Position numbers and translations under genes: made by a program | Part shown: one piece after another, positions 28,871 to 37,884 of the stretch | How positions within the stretch are numbered: the stretch's first letter is position 1 | Layout of the letters: the number at the start of each line of letters is the position of its first letter | The notes under the pieces: model-generated | What the model saw: the letters and a program-made list of their open reading frames with translations, nothing else | The model's database searches: none | Told to the model about the DNA's origin: nothing | From: a virus | Taxonomy: Duplodnaviria; Heunggongvirae; Uroviricota; Caudoviricetes | IMG/VR virus record: IMGVR_UViG_2537562092_000002 | Location: 1 to 37,884 of that record | DNA length: 37,884 bases | Reading direction: 5' to 3' (one strand)

Positions 28871-29521
28871 ATGAATACACAACTGATGGGTGAGCGTATT
28901 CGCGCTCGCAGAAAAGAACTTAAGATTAGGCAGGCTGCCCTTGGCAAGATGGTTGGCGTGTCTAATGTTGCTATTTCCCAATGGGAGCGTTCTGAAACTG
29001 AGCCCAATGGCGAAAACCTATTGGCTTTAGCCAAGGCTTTACAGTGCTCCCCTGATTACTTGTTGAAAGGAGAAGATAGTCTTTCAAACATTGCCTATCA
29101 CAGCAGGCATGATCCAAGAGGTTCGTATCCTCTAATTAGTTGGGTAAGCGCAGGATGTTGGATGGAAGCTGTAGAGCCATATCATAAGCGTGCAATAGAT
29201 AACTGGTACGATACAACCGTAGATTGTTCAGAAGATTCGTTTTGGCTGGACGTAAAGGGTGATTCGATGACGGCTCCAGCCGGTCTTAGCATCCCGGAAG
29301 GGATGATAATACTAGTCGATCCTGAAGTAGAACCTCGTAATGGGAAGCTGGTAGTGGCAAAGCTCGAAGGAGAAAACGAGGCAACTTTCAAGAAGTTAGT
29401 TATTGATGCTGGCAGAAGGTTTCTAAAACCACTTAACCCACAATATCCGATGATTGAGATCAACGGGAACTGCAAAATCATCGGTGTAGTTGTCGATGCA
29501 AAAATAGCAAACCTTCCATAA
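28871..29521 (+). CDS. c2: Prophage repressor C2 (CI-like; HTH plus LexA-type S24 autopeptidase domain)
   Basis: MNTQLMGERIRARRKELKIRQAALGKMVGVSNVAISQWERSE... matches P22 C2; C-terminal domain carries GDSM and a Lys-containing dyad region. Confidence 0.9.
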   Translation: MNTQLMGERIRARRKELKIRQAALGKMVGVSNVAISQWERSETEPNGENLLALAKALQCSPDYLLKGEDSLSNIAYHSRHDPRGSYPLISWVSAGCWMEAVEPYHKRAIDNWYDTTVDCSEDSFWLDVKGDSMTAPAGLSIPEGMIILVDPEVEPRNGKLVVAKLEGENEATFKKLVIDAGRRFLKPLNPQYPMIEINGNCKIIGVVVDAKIANLP

Positions 29522-29543
29522 GGGGCATTCGCCCCTTTTTTTC
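29522..29543 (+). terminator. Rho-independent terminator after c2
   Basis: ggggcattcgcccc followed by a T-run immediately after the c2 stop. Confidence 0.7.
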
Positions 29544-29599
29544 TTTCCTTTAAAAATCAAAGCAAAACTTAAGCTTCGCAACAAAATTTAAGTTTTCTT

Positions 29600-29645
29600 C
29601 AAAAACGCTCTTGACCAATAGTTAAAGAAATCTTAAATTTAAGTC
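29600..29645 (+). promoter_or_regulatory. PL-like promoter with OL operators
   Basis: ttgacc-17nt-taaatt at 29611..29639, overlapped by TTAAG-containing operator-like repeats (aaatttaagtt, atcttaaatttaagtc). Confidence 0.5.
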
Positions 29646-29685
29646 ATCGGCAGGACGCTGGTAGCCAAACGGAACAGATTGGCAG

Positions 29686-29726
29686 GCTCTTTAACATTGA
29701 TGGGATTGTCCCGCCGAAATGCGGGA
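29686..29726 (+). promoter_or_regulatory. nutL-like site (boxA plus boxB hairpin)
   Basis: boxA-like gctctttaaca followed by hairpin ccgccgaaatgcggg, upstream of the N-like gene. Confidence 0.5.
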
Positions 29727-29833
29727 ACCAAAGAGTAGTTGGCTTTGGGGTGACGTGAAGTGCAGCTGCACGACGGCAACCGGAAGATAAGCACCCGGCG
29801 CGTCACCGCCAAAGTCAATCATCGGAGGTCAAC

Positions 29834-30106
29834 ATGGCAGTAGTCATTACATATCTGGCTGACGATAACGCCAGAAATCGCCGCAGAGCACGCAGACAGG
29901 CTCAACGTGAGCAGGCAATGCAAGAACAGCGACTGGCGCGAAAAATTGCGCTAAAGCTCTCTGGTTGCGTCAGAGCAGACAAAGCAGCATCACTCGGAAG
30001 CCTTCGCTGCAAGAAGGCAGATGAATGCAGTGGAAGTATTTGCCTGCCAAACGTAGCCATTTACGCGGCAGGCTACCGGAAATCAAAACAACTGACGGCG
30101 AGATGA
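29834..30106 (+). CDS. N: N-type transcription antiterminator (P22 gene 24-like)
   Basis: Arg-rich motif NARNRRRARRQAQREQ near the N-terminus; C-terminus LPNVAIYAAGYRKSKQLTAR resembles P22 gp24. Confidence 0.75.
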   Translation: MAVVITYLADDNARNRRRARRQAQREQAMQEQRLARKIALKLSGCVRADKAASLGSLRCKKADECSGSICLPNVAIYAAGYRKSKQLTAR

Positions 30107-30122
30107 TAAATTAATTTGCTAA

Positions 30123-30704
30123 TTACTTGTTTTTGCCATGCTTATCCTGAGCGATAAGTTCATCCATAAGACTGTCTTTCTTCCCAGCAAACCTAATGTA
30201 GCACTCATTTCTATAGCGTTCCGGGATAACAAAACGGTCGATTTCAGGATATCCAGTAGCAGAAGGTACCCGAATAAGAAGCCCTTTTTCGAGCAATGAG
30301 ATTGCTTCAGGGCTTCCCTTTTCTGTCTTTAGCTGGTTATTAGCGGCTACAGCGAATGCCAAATACGCTCTTTCTCCAAGAGTTAACGAATCAAACAAAT
30401 CTTGCACGTATTTCTCTTCTTTAGATTTGCGCTTCTGAGCAGCGAATATCTCAATTCTTTCAGTCACAGCGTGATAAGCGGAATTAACAACGCCGTTAAG
30501 CACATAGCTAACGCAAAACAACAGGATGTAATACATCCAGTAATGAGGAAGGATTTCTGGATTATGCAGGTTTATCCATTCTTTTACGCTTACAGGCATA
30601 ACAATAATCAATATGATTAGGATGATTAGCATATGAATCAACTGTTTAAGTGTCATTCCTTGCAGGAAAAAATGCATTAGTTCCTGCCACCATGAGTTGT
30701 TCAT
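30123..30704 (-). CDS. sieB: Superinfection exclusion protein B-like membrane protein (SieB-like)
   Basis: Two N-terminal transmembrane helices (LIHMLIILIILIIVMPV, YWMYYILLFCVSYVLNGVV) plus soluble C-terminal domain, ~190 aa, located next to N in the immunity region. Confidence 0.5.
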   Translation of the reverse strand: MNNSWWQELMHFFLQGMTLKQLIHMLIILIILIIVMPVSVKEWINLHNPEILPHYWMYYILLFCVSYVLNGVVNSAYHAVTERIEIFAAQKRKSKEEKYVQDLFDSLTLGERAYLAFAVAANNQLKTEKGSPEAISLLEKGLLIRVPSATGYPEIDRFVIPERYRNECYIRFAGKKDSLMDELIAQDKHGKNK

Positions 30705-30918
30705 CGGCGTTTCTCTTTTGCTCTCTGTAGGGGTGAATAGAGTTTATCCGATTTCTCGCTGTAGGGGTACACGAGAACCACCGAGCCTGATGTGGTTAAA
30801 AGACAGGCATACTAATAAACACTGCACTGTGTATTCATTCCAACGAGTGAATACACTGAGCAATGTCGCTCGTAACTAAACAGGAGCCGACTTGTTCTGA
30901 TTATTGGAAATCTTCTTT

Positions 30919-30944
30919 GCCCTCCAATGTGAGGGCGATTTTTT
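30919..30944 (+). terminator. Rho-independent terminator in the PL operon (tL-like)
   Basis: gccctccaatgtgagggc followed by gatttttt. Confidence 0.6.
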
Positions 30945-30964
30945 ATCTGTGAGGATATGAATAG

Positions 30965-31333
30965 ATGTCAAACATCAAAAAATACATCATTGATTACGAC
31001 TGGAAAGCATCAATAGAAATTGAAATCGACCATGACGTAATGACAGAGGAAAAACTTCACCAGATTAATAATTTCTGGTCAGACTCTGAATACCGACTCA
31101 ATAAACACGGCTCTGTATTAAATGCTGTATTAATCATGCTGGCGCAACATGCTCTGCTTATAGCAATTTCAAGCGACTTAAATGCATATGGTGTTGTGTG
31201 TGAGTTCGACTGGAATGATGGAAATGGTCAGGAAGGATGGCCTCCAATGGATGGTAGCGAAGGAATAAGAATTACCGATATCGATACATCAGGAATATTT
31301 GATTCAGATGATATGACTATCAAAGCCGCCTGA
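30965..31333 (+). CDS. Hypothetical acidic protein, 122 aa, at the lambda ea10 position
   Basis: ORF between N/sieB and cIII; acidic C-terminal half (DWNDGNGQEGWPPMDGSEG...DSDDMTI). Confidence 0.45.
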   Translation: MSNIKKYIIDYDWKASIEIEIDHDVMTEEKLHQINNFWSDSEYRLNKHGSVLNAVLIMLAQHALLIAISSDLNAYGVVCEFDWNDGNGQEGWPPMDGSEGIRITDIDTSGIFDSDDMTIKAA

Positions 31334-31405
31334 GCGCGGCGTTACCGCATACCAATAACGCTTCACTCGAGGCGTTTTTCGTTATGTATAAATAAGGAGC
31401 ACACC

Positions 31406-31570
31406 ATGCAATATGCCATTGCAGGGTGGCCTGTTGCTGGCTGCCCTTCCGAATCTTTACTTGAACGAATCACCCGTAAATTACGTGACGGATGGAAACG
31501 CCTTATCGACATACTTAATCAGCCAGGAGTCCCAAAAAATGGATCAAACACTTATGGCTATCCAGACTAA
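31406..31570 (+). CDS. cIII: CIII (FtsH inhibitor stabilising CII)
   Basis: Translates to [54 protein letters not shown], matching lambda CIII; below the ORF-track length cutoff. Confidence 0.85.
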   Translation: MQYAIAGWPVAGCPSESLLERITRKLRDGWKRLIDILNQPGVPKNGSNTYGYPD

Positions 31571-31682
31571 ATTCACTATCGCCACTTTTATTGGCGATGA
31601 AAAGATGTTTCGTGAGGCCGTCGACGCTTATAAAAAATGGATATTAATACTGAAACTGAGATCAAGCAAAAGCATTCACTAA
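31539..31682 (+). CDS. kil: Kil (host cell-division/FtsZ inhibitor)
   Basis: [47 protein letters not shown] matches lambda Kil; the ORF-track entry 31413..31682 is the same frame extended upstream. Confidence 0.85.
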   Translation: MDQTLMAIQTKFTIATFIGDEKMFREAVDAYKKWILILKLRSSKSIH

Positions 31683-32053
31683 CCCCCTTTCCTGTTTTCC
31701 TAATCAGCCCGGCATTTCGCGGGCGATATTTTCACAGCTATTTCAGGAGTTCAGCCATGAACGCTTATTACATTCAGGATCGTCTTGAGGCTCAGAGCTG
31801 GACGCGTCACTACCAGCAGATCGCCCGTGAAGAGAAAGAGGCAGAACTGGCAGACGACATGGAAAAAGGCCTGCCCCAGCACCTGTTTGAATCGCTATGC
31901 TTCGATCATTTGCAACGCCACGGGGCCAGCAAAAAAGCCATTACCCGTGCGTTTGATGACGATGTTGAGTTTCAGGAGCGCATGGCAGAACACATCCGGT
32001 ACATGGTTGAAACCATTGCTCACCACCAGGTTGATATTGATTCAGAGGTATAA
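31637..32053 (+). CDS. gam: Gam (RecBCD inhibitor)
   Basis: [36 protein letters not shown]...[10 protein letters not shown] matches lambda Gam. Confidence 0.9.
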   Translation: MDINTETEIKQKHSLTPFPVFLISPAFRGRYFHSYFRSSAMNAYYIQDRLEAQSWTRHYQQIAREEKEAELADDMEKGLPQHLFESLCFDHLQRHGASKKAITRAFDDDVEFQERMAEHIRYMVETIAHHQVDIDSEV

Positions 32054-32058
32054 AACGG

Positions 32059-32844
32059 ATGAGTACAGCACTCGCAACGCTGGCAGGGAAGCTGGCTGAA
32101 CGTGTCGGCATGGATTCTGTCGACCCACAGGAACTGATCACCACTCTTCGCCAGACGGCATTTAAAGGCGATGCCAGCGATGCGCAGTTCATCGCATTGC
32201 TGATCGTCGCCAACCAGTACGGCCTTAATCCGTGGACGAAAGAAATTTACGCCTTTCCTGACAAGCAGAACGGCATCGTTCCGGTGGTGGGCGTTGATGG
32301 CTGGTCCCGCATCATCAATGAAAACCAGCAGTTTGATGGCATGGACTTTGAGCAGGACAATGAATCCTGTACATGCCGGATTTACCGCAAGGACCGCAAT
32401 CATCCGATCTGCGTTACCGAATGGATGGATGAATGCCGCCGCGAACCATTCAAAACCCGCGAAGGCAGAGAAATCACGGGGCCGTGGCAGTCGCATCCCA
32501 AACGGATGTTACGGCATAAAGCCATGATTCAGTGTGCCCGTCTCGCCTTCGGATTTGCTGGTATCTATGACAAGGATGAAGCCGAGCGCATTGTCGAAAA
32601 TACCGCATACACTGCAGAACGTCAGCCGGAACGCGACATCACTCCGGTTAACGATGAAACCATGCAGGAGATTAACACTCTGCTGATCGCCCTGGATAAA
32701 ACATGGGATGACGACTTATTGCCGCTCTGTTCCCAGATATTTCGCCGCGACATTCGAGCATCGTCAGAACTGACACAAGCCGAAGCAGTGAAAGCTCTTG
32801 GATTCCTGAAACAGAAAGCCACTGAGCAGAAGGTGGCAGCATGA
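32059..32844 (+). CDS. bet: Bet (Red-beta single-strand annealing recombinase)
   Basis: [66 protein letters not shown]... matches lambda Bet. Confidence 0.9.
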   Translation: MSTALATLAGKLAERVGMDSVDPQELITTLRQTAFKGDASDAQFIALLIVANQYGLNPWTKEIYAFPDKQNGIVPVVGVDGWSRIINENQQFDGMDFEQDNESCTCRIYRKDRNHPICVTEWMDECRREPFKTREGREITGPWQSHPKRMLRHKAMIQCARLAFGFAGIYDKDEAERIVENTAYTAERQPERDITPVNDETMQEINTLLIALDKTWDDDLLPLCSQIFRRDIRASSELTQAEAVKALGFLKQKATEQKVAA

Positions 32845-33521
32845 CACCGGACATTATCCTGCAGCGTACCGGGATCGACGTGAGAGCTGTCGAACAGGGG
32901 GATGATGCATGGCACAAATTACGGCTCGGCGTCATCACAGCTTCAGAAGTTCATAACGTAATAGCAAAACCCCGCTCCGGAAAAAAGTGGCCTGACATGA
33001 AAATGTCCTACTTCCACACCCTGCTTGCTGAGGTTTGCACCGGTGTGGCTCCGGAAGTTAACGCTAAAGCGCTGGCCTGGGGAAAACAGTACGAGAACGA
33101 CGCCAGAGCCCTGTTTGAGTTCACTTCCGGCGTGAATGTTACTGAATCACCGATCATCTATCGCGACGAAAGTATGCGTACCGCCTGCTCTCCCGATGGT
33201 TTATGCAGTGACGGCAACGGCCTTGAACTGAAATGCCCGTTTACCTCCCGGGATTTCATGAAGTTCCGGCTCGGTGGTTTCGAGGCCATAAAATCGGCTT
33301 ACATGGCCCAGGTGCAGTACAGCATGTGGGTGGCACGAAAAGATGCCTGGTACTTTGCCAACTATGACCCGCGTATGAAGCGTGAAGGCCTGCATTATGT
33401 CGTGGTTGAGCGGGATGAAAAGTACATGGCGAGTTTTGACGAGATGGTGCCGGAGTTCATCGAAAAAATGGACGAGGCACTGGCTGAAATTGGTTTTGTA
33501 TTTGGGGAGCAATGGCGATGA
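32841..33521 (+). CDS. exo: Exo (Red-alpha 5'-3' exonuclease)
   Basis: [43 protein letters not shown]... matches lambda Exo; ATGA overlap with bet. Confidence 0.9.
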   Translation: MTPDIILQRTGIDVRAVEQGDDAWHKLRLGVITASEVHNVIAKPRSGKKWPDMKMSYFHTLLAEVCTGVAPEVNAKALAWGKQYENDARALFEFTSGVNVTESPIIYRDESMRTACSPDGLCSDGNGLELKCPFTSRDFMKFRLGGFEAIKSAYMAQVQYSMWVARKDAWYFANYDPRMKREGLHYVVVERDEKYMASFDEMVPEFIEKMDEALAEIGFVFGEQWR

Positions 33522-33700
33522 AGCATCCTCACGATAATATCCGGGTAGGCGCGATCACTTTCGTCTACTCCGTTACAAAGCGAGGCTGGGTATTTCCCGG
33601 CCTTTCTGTTACCCAAAATCCCCTGAAAGCACAGCGGCTGGCTGAGGAGATAAATAATAAACGGGGAGCTGTATGCACAAAGCATCTCCTGTTGAGTTAA
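33512..33700 (+). CDS. Lambda orf60a-like hypothetical protein
   Basis: 62-aa ORF immediately after exo in conserved gene order. Confidence 0.45.
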   Translation: MAMKHPHDNIRVGAITFVYSVTKRGWVFPGLSVTQNPLKAQRLAEEINNKRGAVCTKHLLLS

Positions 33701-33864
33701 GAACGAGCATTGAGATGGCACATAGCCTCGCTCAAATTGGAGTCAGGTTTGTGCCAATACCAGTAGAAACAGACGAAGAATTTCATACGTTAGCCGCATC
33801 CCTTTCACAAAAGCTGGAAATGATGGTGGCGAAAGCAGAAGCAGATGAGAGAGACCAGGTATGA
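33673..33864 (+). CDS. Lambda orf63-like protein
   Basis: [46 protein letters not shown]... resembles lambda Orf63. Confidence 0.6.
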   Translation: MHKASPVELRTSIEMAHSLAQIGVRFVPIPVETDEEFHTLAASLSQKLEMMVAKAEADERDQV

Positions 33865-33874
33865 CAACCACTGA

Positions 33875-34156
33875 ATGCATTTTTCTGGCAGCGGGCTTCA
33901 TATTCTGTGTGCTTATGCTTGCCGACATGGGGCTTGTTCAGTGACACCTCAGCAGGAAAACGCCCTTCGCAGCATTGCCCGTCAGGCTAATTCTGAAATC
34001 AAAAAAGCCAGACAGCAGTTTCCGGATAAAAACGTCGATGACATTTGCCGTAGCGTACTGAAGAAGCACCGCGAAACGGTAACGCTGATGGGATTCACAC
34101 CGACTCATTTAAGTCTGGCAATCGGTATGTTAAACGGCGCCTTTAAGGAACGGTGA
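33875..34156 (+). CDS. Lambda orf61-like protein (likely initiating at GTG ~33942: VTPQQENALRSIARQ...)
   Basis: Conserved position after orf63; C-terminal 71 aa resemble lambda Orf61. Confidence 0.5.
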   Translation: MHFSGSGLHILCAYACRHGACSVTPQQENALRSIARQANSEIKKARQQFPDKNVDDICRSVLKKHRETVTLMGFTPTHLSLAIGMLNGAFKER

Positions 34157-34254
34157 ACATGAAAAGCAAAATCCTCAGGGAGCTACAGGCTCCTTTTTTA
34201 TTGTTCGCATTCACCCTCAAGCGTATTAACCAACAATTCAGGGATTAATGGAAG

Positions 34255-34476
34255 ATGGCAGACATCATTGATTCAGCATCAGAAATAGAAGAATTACAGC
34301 GCAACACAGCAATAAAAATGCGCCGCCTGAACCACCTGGCTGTATCTGCCACTCATTGTTGTGAGTGTGGTGATCCGATAGATGAACGAAGACGCCTAGC
34401 CGTTCAGGGTTGTCGAACTTGCGCCAGTTGCCAGCAAGATCTGGAGCTTATCCGCAAACAAAGGGGGATTAAGTGA
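34255..34476 (+). CDS. TraR/DksA-family C4 zinc-finger protein (lambda Orf73-like)
   Basis: CxxC...CxxC zinc ribbon (CCECGDPIDERRRLAVQGCRTCASCQ). Confidence 0.65.
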   Translation: MADIIDSASEIEELQRNTAIKMRRLNHLAVSATHCCECGDPIDERRRLAVQGCRTCASCQQDLELIRKQRGIK

Positions 34477-34808
34477 TGGCTAACCTGCAACTTCCTGTTA
34501 AAAGTGAATTTTTCGATGCCATGATTCGCGGAGAGAAAACGGAGGAGTATCGCCTGTGTAATGACTATTGGAATAAGCGAATTATGTTCCGGGAGTATGA
34601 CCGCCTGATTATCACAAAGGGATATCCGAAGCGCGACGATTCCAGTCGCAGAATTGATGTTCCGTATGACGGATATGAAGTGAAGACAATCACACATCCA
34701 CACTTTGGCGATAAACCGGTAAAGGTGTTCGCTATAAAGGTGAATATCAGCACTGAATATCAATCCGCACAACACAAGGTCAAGAATGTTCAGAGTGATT
34801 TACCCTAA
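34473..34808 (+). CDS. DUF3850/ASCH-like small protein
   Basis: LQLPVKSEFFDAMIRGEKTEEYRLCNDYW resembles the DUF3850 N-terminal motif; assignment from memory. Confidence 0.4.
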   Translation: MMANLQLPVKSEFFDAMIRGEKTEEYRLCNDYWNKRIMFREYDRLIITKGYPKRDDSSRRIDVPYDGYEVKTITHPHFGDKPVKVFAIKVNISTEYQSAQHKVKNVQSDLP

Positions 34809-35064
34809 CACCTGGTACGTCGACCACCACGGCACTCCCTGCAAAATCCTGCGTTCTACCCACAACAAAGTTCACTACATCCGAAAAGGCAGAACATGTA
34901 TCGCCAGCATGTTCCGCTTTAATCATGACTTTGAACCTGTGAATAAAGCTGATGCAGATCGGATAGCAGAAGAGATCGAAACGGCAGAACACATTAAGAA
35001 GTTACGTGACATGCGTTCAAAAAGCAGAGGTAACCATGGAATCATACAGCCTCACACTCGATGA
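34786..35064 (+). CDS. Hypothetical protein, 92 aa
   Basis: ORF in the PL operon upstream of xis. Confidence 0.35.
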   Translation: MFRVIYPNTWYVDHHGTPCKILRSTHNKVHYIRKGRTCIASMFRFNHDFEPVNKADADRIAEEIETAEHIKKLRDMRSKSRGNHGIIQPHTR

Positions 35065-35386
35065 GGCCTGTCAGTTTCTTAAGATATCCAGACCAACCGC
35101 CACCAACTGGATACGAACAGGCCGCCTACAGGCAACACGTAAAGATCCAACCAAGCCAAAATCTCCTTACCTCACAACACGGCAAGCCTGCATTGCGGCG
35201 CTTCAGTCTCCGCTGCATACTGTCCAGGTGAGCGCGGGTGATGGCATAACAGAGGAAAGAAAATGTCACTCTTCCGCAGAAGTGAAATATGGTACGCCAG
35301 TTTCACATTGCCGAACGGTAAAAGATTTAAACAGTCTCTTGGAACAAAGGACAAAAGGCAGGCGACAGAGCTCCATGACAAGCTAA
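35036..35386 (+). CDS. xis: Excisionase (P22 Xis-like)
   Basis: [45 protein letters not shown]... is an HTH excisionase whose 3' end overlaps the int start, as in P22. Confidence 0.7.
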   Translation: MESYSLTLDEACQFLKISRPTATNWIRTGRLQATRKDPTKPKSPYLTTRQACIAALQSPLHTVQVSAGDGITEERKCHSSAEVKYGTPVSHCRTVKDLNSLLEQRTKGRRQSSMTS

Positions 35387-36426
35387 AGGCTGAAGCATGG
35401 CGGGTCAGCAAACTTGGTGAAATACCTGATATGACGTTTGAGGAAGCGTGTGTCAGGTGGCTCGAAGAGAAAGCACATAAGAAATCACTGGACGATGACA
35501 AAAGCCGGATCGGATTCTGGCTTCAACATTTCGCAGGGATGCAACTAAGAGACATCACTGAATCAAAAATTTATTCAGCGATGCAGAAAATGACAAACCG
35601 GCGTCATGAGGAAAACTGGAAACTCAGGGCAGAAGCATGCAGAAAAAAAGGGAAACCTGTTCCAGAATACACGCCAAAACCAGCGTCCGTTGCAACGAAG
35701 GCTACGCATCTTTCATTTATAAAGGCCCTGCTAAGAGCCGCAGAGCGTGAATGGAAAATGCTGGATAAGGCACCAATTATTAAAGTGCCTCAACCAAAGA
35801 ATAAACGGATCCGCTGGCTGGAGCCCCATGAAGCACAAAGGCTGATTGATGAATGTCCGGAGCCATTAAAGTCTGTTGTTGAATTTGCACTGGCAACAGG
35901 CTTAAGACGCTCGAACATCATCAACCTTGAATGGCAACAAATAGATATGCAGCGCCGGGTGGCATGGATAAACCCGGAAGAGAGTAAATCAAACCGCGCA
36001 ATCGGCGTTGCGCTGAATGATACTGCATGTCGCGTATTGAAAAAACAAATCGGGAATCATCACCGTTGGGTATTTGTGTACAAGGAAAGCTGTACCAAAC
36101 CAGACGGAACGAAAGCGCCAACAGTAAGGAAGATGCGGTATGACGCAAACACAGCCTGGAAAGCGGCGCTGAGACGGGCTGGTATTGATGATTTCAGATT
36201 TCACGACTTGAGACACACCTGGGCAAGTTGGCTGGTTCAAGCCGGAGTCCCGTTGTCAGTGTTACAGGAAATGGGAGGCTGGGAGTCTATCGAAATGGTT
36301 CGTCGATATGCTCACCTTGCACCTAATCACCTTACCGAACACGCACGGCAAATAGACTCGATCCTGAACCCATCGGTCCCAAATTTGTCCCAGTCAAAAA
36401 ATAAGGAAGGTACTAATGATGTGTAA
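35263..36426 (+). CDS. int: Tyrosine integrase (P22 Int-like), thrW-specific
   Basis: [48 protein letters not shown]... with C-terminal R...HxxR...Y catalytic region ([15 protein letters not shown]); its stop codon abuts the att repeat next to thrW. Confidence 0.9.
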   Translation: MSLFRRSEIWYASFTLPNGKRFKQSLGTKDKRQATELHDKLKAEAWRVSKLGEIPDMTFEEACVRWLEEKAHKKSLDDDKSRIGFWLQHFAGMQLRDITESKIYSAMQKMTNRRHEENWKLRAEACRKKGKPVPEYTPKPASVATKATHLSFIKALLRAAEREWKMLDKAPIIKVPQPKNKRIRWLEPHEAQRLIDECPEPLKSVVEFALATGLRRSNIINLEWQQIDMQRRVAWINPEESKSNRAIGVALNDTACRVLKKQIGNHHRWVFVYKESCTKPDGTKAPTVRKMRYDANTAWKAALRRAGIDDFRFHDLRHTWASWLVQAGVPLSVLQEMGGWESIEMVRRYAHLAPNHLTEHARQIDSILNPSVPNLSQSKNKEGTNDV

Positions 36427-36486
36427 CTTATTGATTTAAATGGTGCCGATAATAGGAGTCGAACCTACGACCTTCGCATTACGAAT
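36424..36486. repeat. Prophage attR: 63-bp direct repeat overlapping the 3' part of intact thrW
   Basis: Identical to 6606..6668. Confidence 0.85.
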
Positions 36487-36516
36487 GCGCTGCTCTACCA
36501 ACTGAGCTATATCGGC
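36441..36516 (-). tRNA. thrW: tRNA-Thr (anticodon CGU), thrW
   Basis: Reverse complement GCCGATATAGCTCAGTTGGTAGAGCAGCGCATTCGTAATGCGAAGGTCGTAGGTTCGACTCCTATTATCGGCACCA is a canonical 76-nt cloverleaf with CGT anticodon, adjacent to proA as in E. coli. Confidence 0.9.
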
Positions 36517-36630
36517 CCTGAAAGGACATGTTCACGAACGTGAATCACGGTGGACAAGGTTAAAACTAACCGGGCGATGCGTCAATGGCCTTGTGAATCA
36601 AATGGCTACTTTTGCATCACCCGGTTTTAT

Positions 36631-37884
36631 TTACGCACGAATGGTGTAATCACCAATGCCGATCCACTTGTAAGTGGTCAGTGCTTCCAGCCCCATTGGG
36701 CCACGCGCGTGGAGTTTTTGTGTGCTTACCGCCACTTCCGCACCCAGACCAAACTGGCCGCCGTCGGTAAAACGCGTAGAGGCGTTAACGTAAACAGCGG
36801 ACGAATCCACTTCGTTAACAAAACGCTGGGCGTTGCGCATATCGCGGGTCAGGATCGCATCGGAGTGTTGTGTGCCGTGTTCACGAATATGGGCGATGGC
36901 ATCGTCAAGATCGCTGACGATTTTGACGTTCAAATCTAATGACAGAAACTCATCGTCATACTCTTCGGCTTTAACAGCAACCACCTTCGCAGGGCCTGCC
37001 TGCAACTGCGCCAGTGCAGCTGCATCTGCGTGTAATGTCACGCCGCTTTCCGCCATTTGTTTGCTTAATGCGGGCAGGAAGCTATCGGCGATGTTTTTAT
37101 TCACCAGCAACGTTTCAACCGTATTACATGTGCTCGGACGCTGAGTTTTCGCGTTGACGATCACTTTTAATGCTTCAGCGATCTCTACACTTTCATCAAC
37201 GTAAATATGGCATACGCCTATACCACCTGTGATCACCGGGATTGTCGACTGTTCACGGCACAGTTTATGCAAACCAGCGCCACCACGCGGGATCAGCATG
37301 TCGATGTATTTATCCATACGCAGCATTTCACTGACCAGCGCACGGTCAGGATTATCAATCGCCTGCACGGCACCCGCCGGTAAGCCGCAGGATTTCAGGG
37401 CGTCCTGAATCACCGCCACCGTTGCAGCGTTAGTGCGACACGTTTCTTTGCCACCGCGCAGGATCACCGCATTACCGGTTTTCAGGCACAGCGAAGCGAC
37501 ATCAACCGTCACGTTCGGGCGCGCTTCATAAATCACGCCAATAACCCCCAGCGGTACGCGACGACGCTCAAGACGCAGGCCGCTGTCCAGTACGCTGCCA
37601 TCGATTACCTGCCCCACCGGATCGGCGAGGTTACACACCTGGCGCACATCATCGGCAATGCCTTTCAGCCGTGCGGGCGTCAGTGCCAGACGGTCAAGCA
37701 TCGCTTCGCCAAGGCCATTGGCACGCGCGTCAGCAACATCCTGGGCGTTAGCGTTGAGGATGATTTCGCTTTGTGCTTCCAGTTCATCGGCGATTTTTTC
37801 CAGCACGCGATTTTTTTCGCGGCTGGAGAGTTGCGCTAATTTATACGAGGCTTGCTTCGCGGCAATGCCCATTTGTTCCAGCAT
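36631..37884 (-). CDS. proA: Gamma-glutamyl phosphate reductase ProA
   Basis: 417-aa [40 protein letters not shown]... matches enterobacterial ProA; located next to thrW. Confidence 0.95.
   Translation of the reverse strand: MLEQMGIAAKQASYKLAQLSSREKNRVLEKIADELEAQSEIILNANAQDVADARANGLGEAMLDRLALTPARLKGIADDVRQVCNLADPVGQVIDGSVLDSGLRLERRRVPLGVIGVIYEARPNVTVDVASLCLKTGNAVILRGGKETCRTNAATVAVIQDALKSCGLPAGAVQAIDNPDRALVSEMLRMDKYIDMLIPRGGAGLHKLCREQSTIPVITGGIGVCHIYVDESVEIAEALKVIVNAKTQRPSTCNTVETLLVNKNIADSFLPALSKQMAESGVTLHADAAALAQLQAGPAKVVAVKAEEYDDEFLSLDLNVKIVSDLDDAIAHIREHGTQHSDAILTRDMRNAQRFVNEVDSSAVYVNASTRFTDGGQFGLGAEVAVSTQKLHARGPMGLEALTTYKWIGIGDYTIRA

Noticed and set aside
31413-31682. 89-aa ORF in the six-frame track
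   Set aside because: It is the kil frame extended upstream through cIII in another frame; the real products are cIII (31406..31570) and 47-aa Kil (31539..31682).
32020-32496. 158-aa minus-strand ORF
   Set aside because: It is antisense to bet, whose plus-strand translation matches lambda Red-beta.
36550-37144. Plus-strand ORFs (129 and 103 aa) within proA
   Set aside because: They are antisense to the highly conserved proA coding sequence.

Overview
This window is the proA-thrW region of an Escherichia/Shigella-type chromosome, read in reverse orientation relative to E. coli K-12. proA (36631..37884, -) and an intact tRNA-Thr(CGU) thrW (36441..36516, -) sit at the right edge. A 63-bp direct repeat containing the thrW 3' half (6606..6668 and 36424..36486) brackets a ~29.9-kb mosaic lambdoid prophage. 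Its left operon is P22/lambda-like: int, xis, exo, bet, gam, kil, cIII, N, c2 repressor. Its right side carries a cro::ninG fusion, a Q antiterminator, two phage tRNAs, a phage-21-type lysis cassette (pinholin, SAR endolysin, Rz/Rz1), terS/terL, then a Mu/SfV-like contractile tail with a G-segment-like invertible tail-fibre switch and a Pin/Gin-family invertase. No portal, capsid or replication genes are present, so the prophage looks defective and possibly tailocin-like. Cargo of unknown function lies in the tail module (a three-gene insertion with its own terminator), at the attL-proximal end (a cytoplasmic trypsin-like protease and a GIY-YIG protein flanked by hairpin repeats) and between Rz and terS. 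Left of attL is an integrase-less island remnant (AlpA, a DUF3987-like protein plus a truncated paralog, two unknown proteins) ending at an IS1 fragment. All calls are from reading the sequence and ORF translations; no searches were run.
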